A stretch of DNA of 64,000 nucleotides from the human T2T-CHM13v2.0 reference genome, Homo sapiens. Numbering within the stretch: position 1 is the first letter of the stretch; each line of letters begins with the position of its first letter. The notes under the pieces were generated by a model. That model searched no databases, was not told the origin of the DNA, and worked only from the letters and a program-made list of their open reading frames with translations. A program made the position numbers and the translations under genes. Shown here one piece after another: positions 62,147 to 64,000 of the stretch. The stretch lies in the NCBI RefSeq assembly GCF_009914755.1, contig NC_060929.1; one strand, 5' to 3'.

Positions 62147-62749
62147 AAGTCAGAGGACTTGGTTACAGACCTGGATAAAAAAAGCGTTGGATAAGAAAAT
62201 AAAAAGAGCAGCTTTGTGCTGGGGCAACCACTGACTATGAGAAAAAGATGAGCCAATGCATAGGGCCAGCTCCTAGCAATTCGCCTTTAGGAGTAAGTCC
62301 GGTGGGAGGAGGTAGCTCTCTCCAGGGTGGATGGTTTGGGTTGAGTGGGCCGATGGATGCCTCCTGCTTCCTGTGGGGCTGGGTCCAGAGGCCAGAGAGG
62401 AGCAAGTTCCACCTTGGATGGCTGGAGTGAAGGAAAATACCTTGAGAGAAGTGAGTTCCTGCTAAATGCTAGTGCTGCTGTGGGAAACAATGCCTTAGTT
62501 TTCCACAAAAGCAAAGGCTCTGAACTAGCCAAGCTGCTCTAAGAGCTGCAATGGCCACTGTGTCCCTCACCGTCCACATGTCCTGCAACAGATGACACTC
62601 GGGCTGTTGGGGCCATGAGGCTCGCAGCTCTACTTCCCTCCCCACCCCCCGCATCCTTGTACATGTGCTTCAAACAAGCCTGGTGATAGGAGTGTTTACT
62701 TTGGCCTGTGTATATGACATAAAGGTTATGGTAAACTGTCCCTCATCCC

Positions 62750-63995
62750 ATTATTCCTCTAAGTAATTAAGGTCATCCAAGTGTCTCCCACACTTCTTCT
62801 AACCCCACACTTGCCGATGTCACCAATGCCTTCCTGATTCCCAGTCCAGTAGACAGGTTTTATTCCTCACTTCCTGGGACGCAGTTGACCACTTACTATT
62901 TCTTCTTGTAACTCTGCTGCCTTGGCGTGTGACACTGCTCTCTCCAGCTCTCCCTGCACCCCTCTGATTAGTCCCTCCAGGTCTCCTTAGTAGGTTTGTC
63001 TTTCTGGATCCTCTCTTAGATGCCTGTGCTTTGCAGGTTCTGTTCTTGGCCCAGCACCCTGTGGGCTGCAGGTTGTCTTCATTTGAACTACTTCTCTAAG
63101 CAGTTGTCTCTCAGATGAAATCTCCCCAGCTGTGGTCTCTTCCTTTTGGATGTCCACAGGCACTTCAGACTCCATATGCCTAAAACTGAACTCATCATCT
63201 ACCTCCCAAAAATTGCCGTTCCCTGCCCCTCAGATCCATGATCTCAGTTCATGGCACAACTGCTAACCAGCTGCTCCAAGCAGACACCCAGGAGTCAGCC
63301 TATGCTCCTTCTTCCTCGCCCTTCTCCCCACAGCCAATCGGTGACCCTATTTTGTTGGTGTGATCTCGTGTGTATTTTTAAACTCTTTCCCTCCTGTCTC
63401 TCCCCACTATCACTGCCTGGTTTAGGCACCCCTCGCCTTTCGCCTGGTCTCTCTCCCTCTAGCCAGAGTGACCATATTAAGTGCAAACCCAGTCATGCCC
63501 CAACCCTGCTCAAAATCCTTCAATGGCTCCCATCAAGAACAGAAGAAAGGCCAAGCCTCTCGACATGGCCCAGGGAGCCTCCATGACACAATCCTACCTT
63601 CTTCCTCTCCCGCCTCCCTCTACCTTGCATTTTCTCTCTAGCAATACTCTTGTGTTGGTGGCTTCCCAGCACACAGTGTGCTGGTTCATGCCTCCGTGCC
63701 TTCACCCTCACTGCTACGCAATTCCTCGCCTTCCCAACTTTCTTCTCATAGCCCCTCCTGCAGCGAGTCTCTCGTGAACCCTGAAGGGCCCTTCCTCTGG
63801 GCTCCCACATTACTTAGAGTCTACAGCTCTCTATTCACTTACTATATTATTTAGAAACTATTAATATGTCTGTCTCCAGCACTAAACTACAAGTTTCTTA
63901 AGAGCAAAGACCCTGCATTATTCATCTTTATACCTCTAGTGGCAAGCAGGTTCCTGGCACATGACAGGCGTTTCATACAGAACTGTTGGAAGGAA
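62750..63995 (+). mobile_element. Long L2 remnant
   Basis: Pyrimidine-rich L2 body (aaaactgaactcatcatct; ctgctcaaaatccttcaatggctcccat) and 3' end (cctggcacatgacagg). Confidence 0.8.
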
Positions 63996-64000
63996 CTACC

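Overview
Human (or very close primate) euchromatic DNA that I recognise from the encoded proteins as the ZCCHC9-ACOT12 region of chromosome 5q14.1. The + strand carries the complete ZCCHC9 gene: a CpG-rich ETS/CRE promoter near 8.1-8.5 kb, a non-coding first exon, and five coding exons (11333-19248) that splice with GT-AG boundaries into an 816-nt, 271-aa ORF with four CCHC zinc knuckles. The - strand carries the last ten coding exons (6-15 by my recalled numbering, 54520 down to 36984) of ACOT12, convergent with ZCCHC9; its upstream exons lie beyond the right edge. Most other sequence is transposon-derived (about 30 Alus, L1, L2, MIR, MaLR/ERV1 LTRs, Tigger/MER DNA elements) plus AT-rich simple repeats, and nearly all supplied ORFs are spurious. 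I found no evidence of a wholly new gene system. The best leads, all untested: (1) a 3-codon uORF whose stop overlaps the ZCCHC9 start codon and would also close a more-than-full-circle ORF on an Alu-flanked exon-2 circRNA; (2) an old ~270-bp direct duplication bracketing exon 2; (3) a perfect ER6 overlapping a DR1 nuclear-receptor element in an ACOT12 intron; (4) competing splice donors and several unusual retrotransposition footprints. Repeat subfamily names and boundaries were judged by eye and are approximate.
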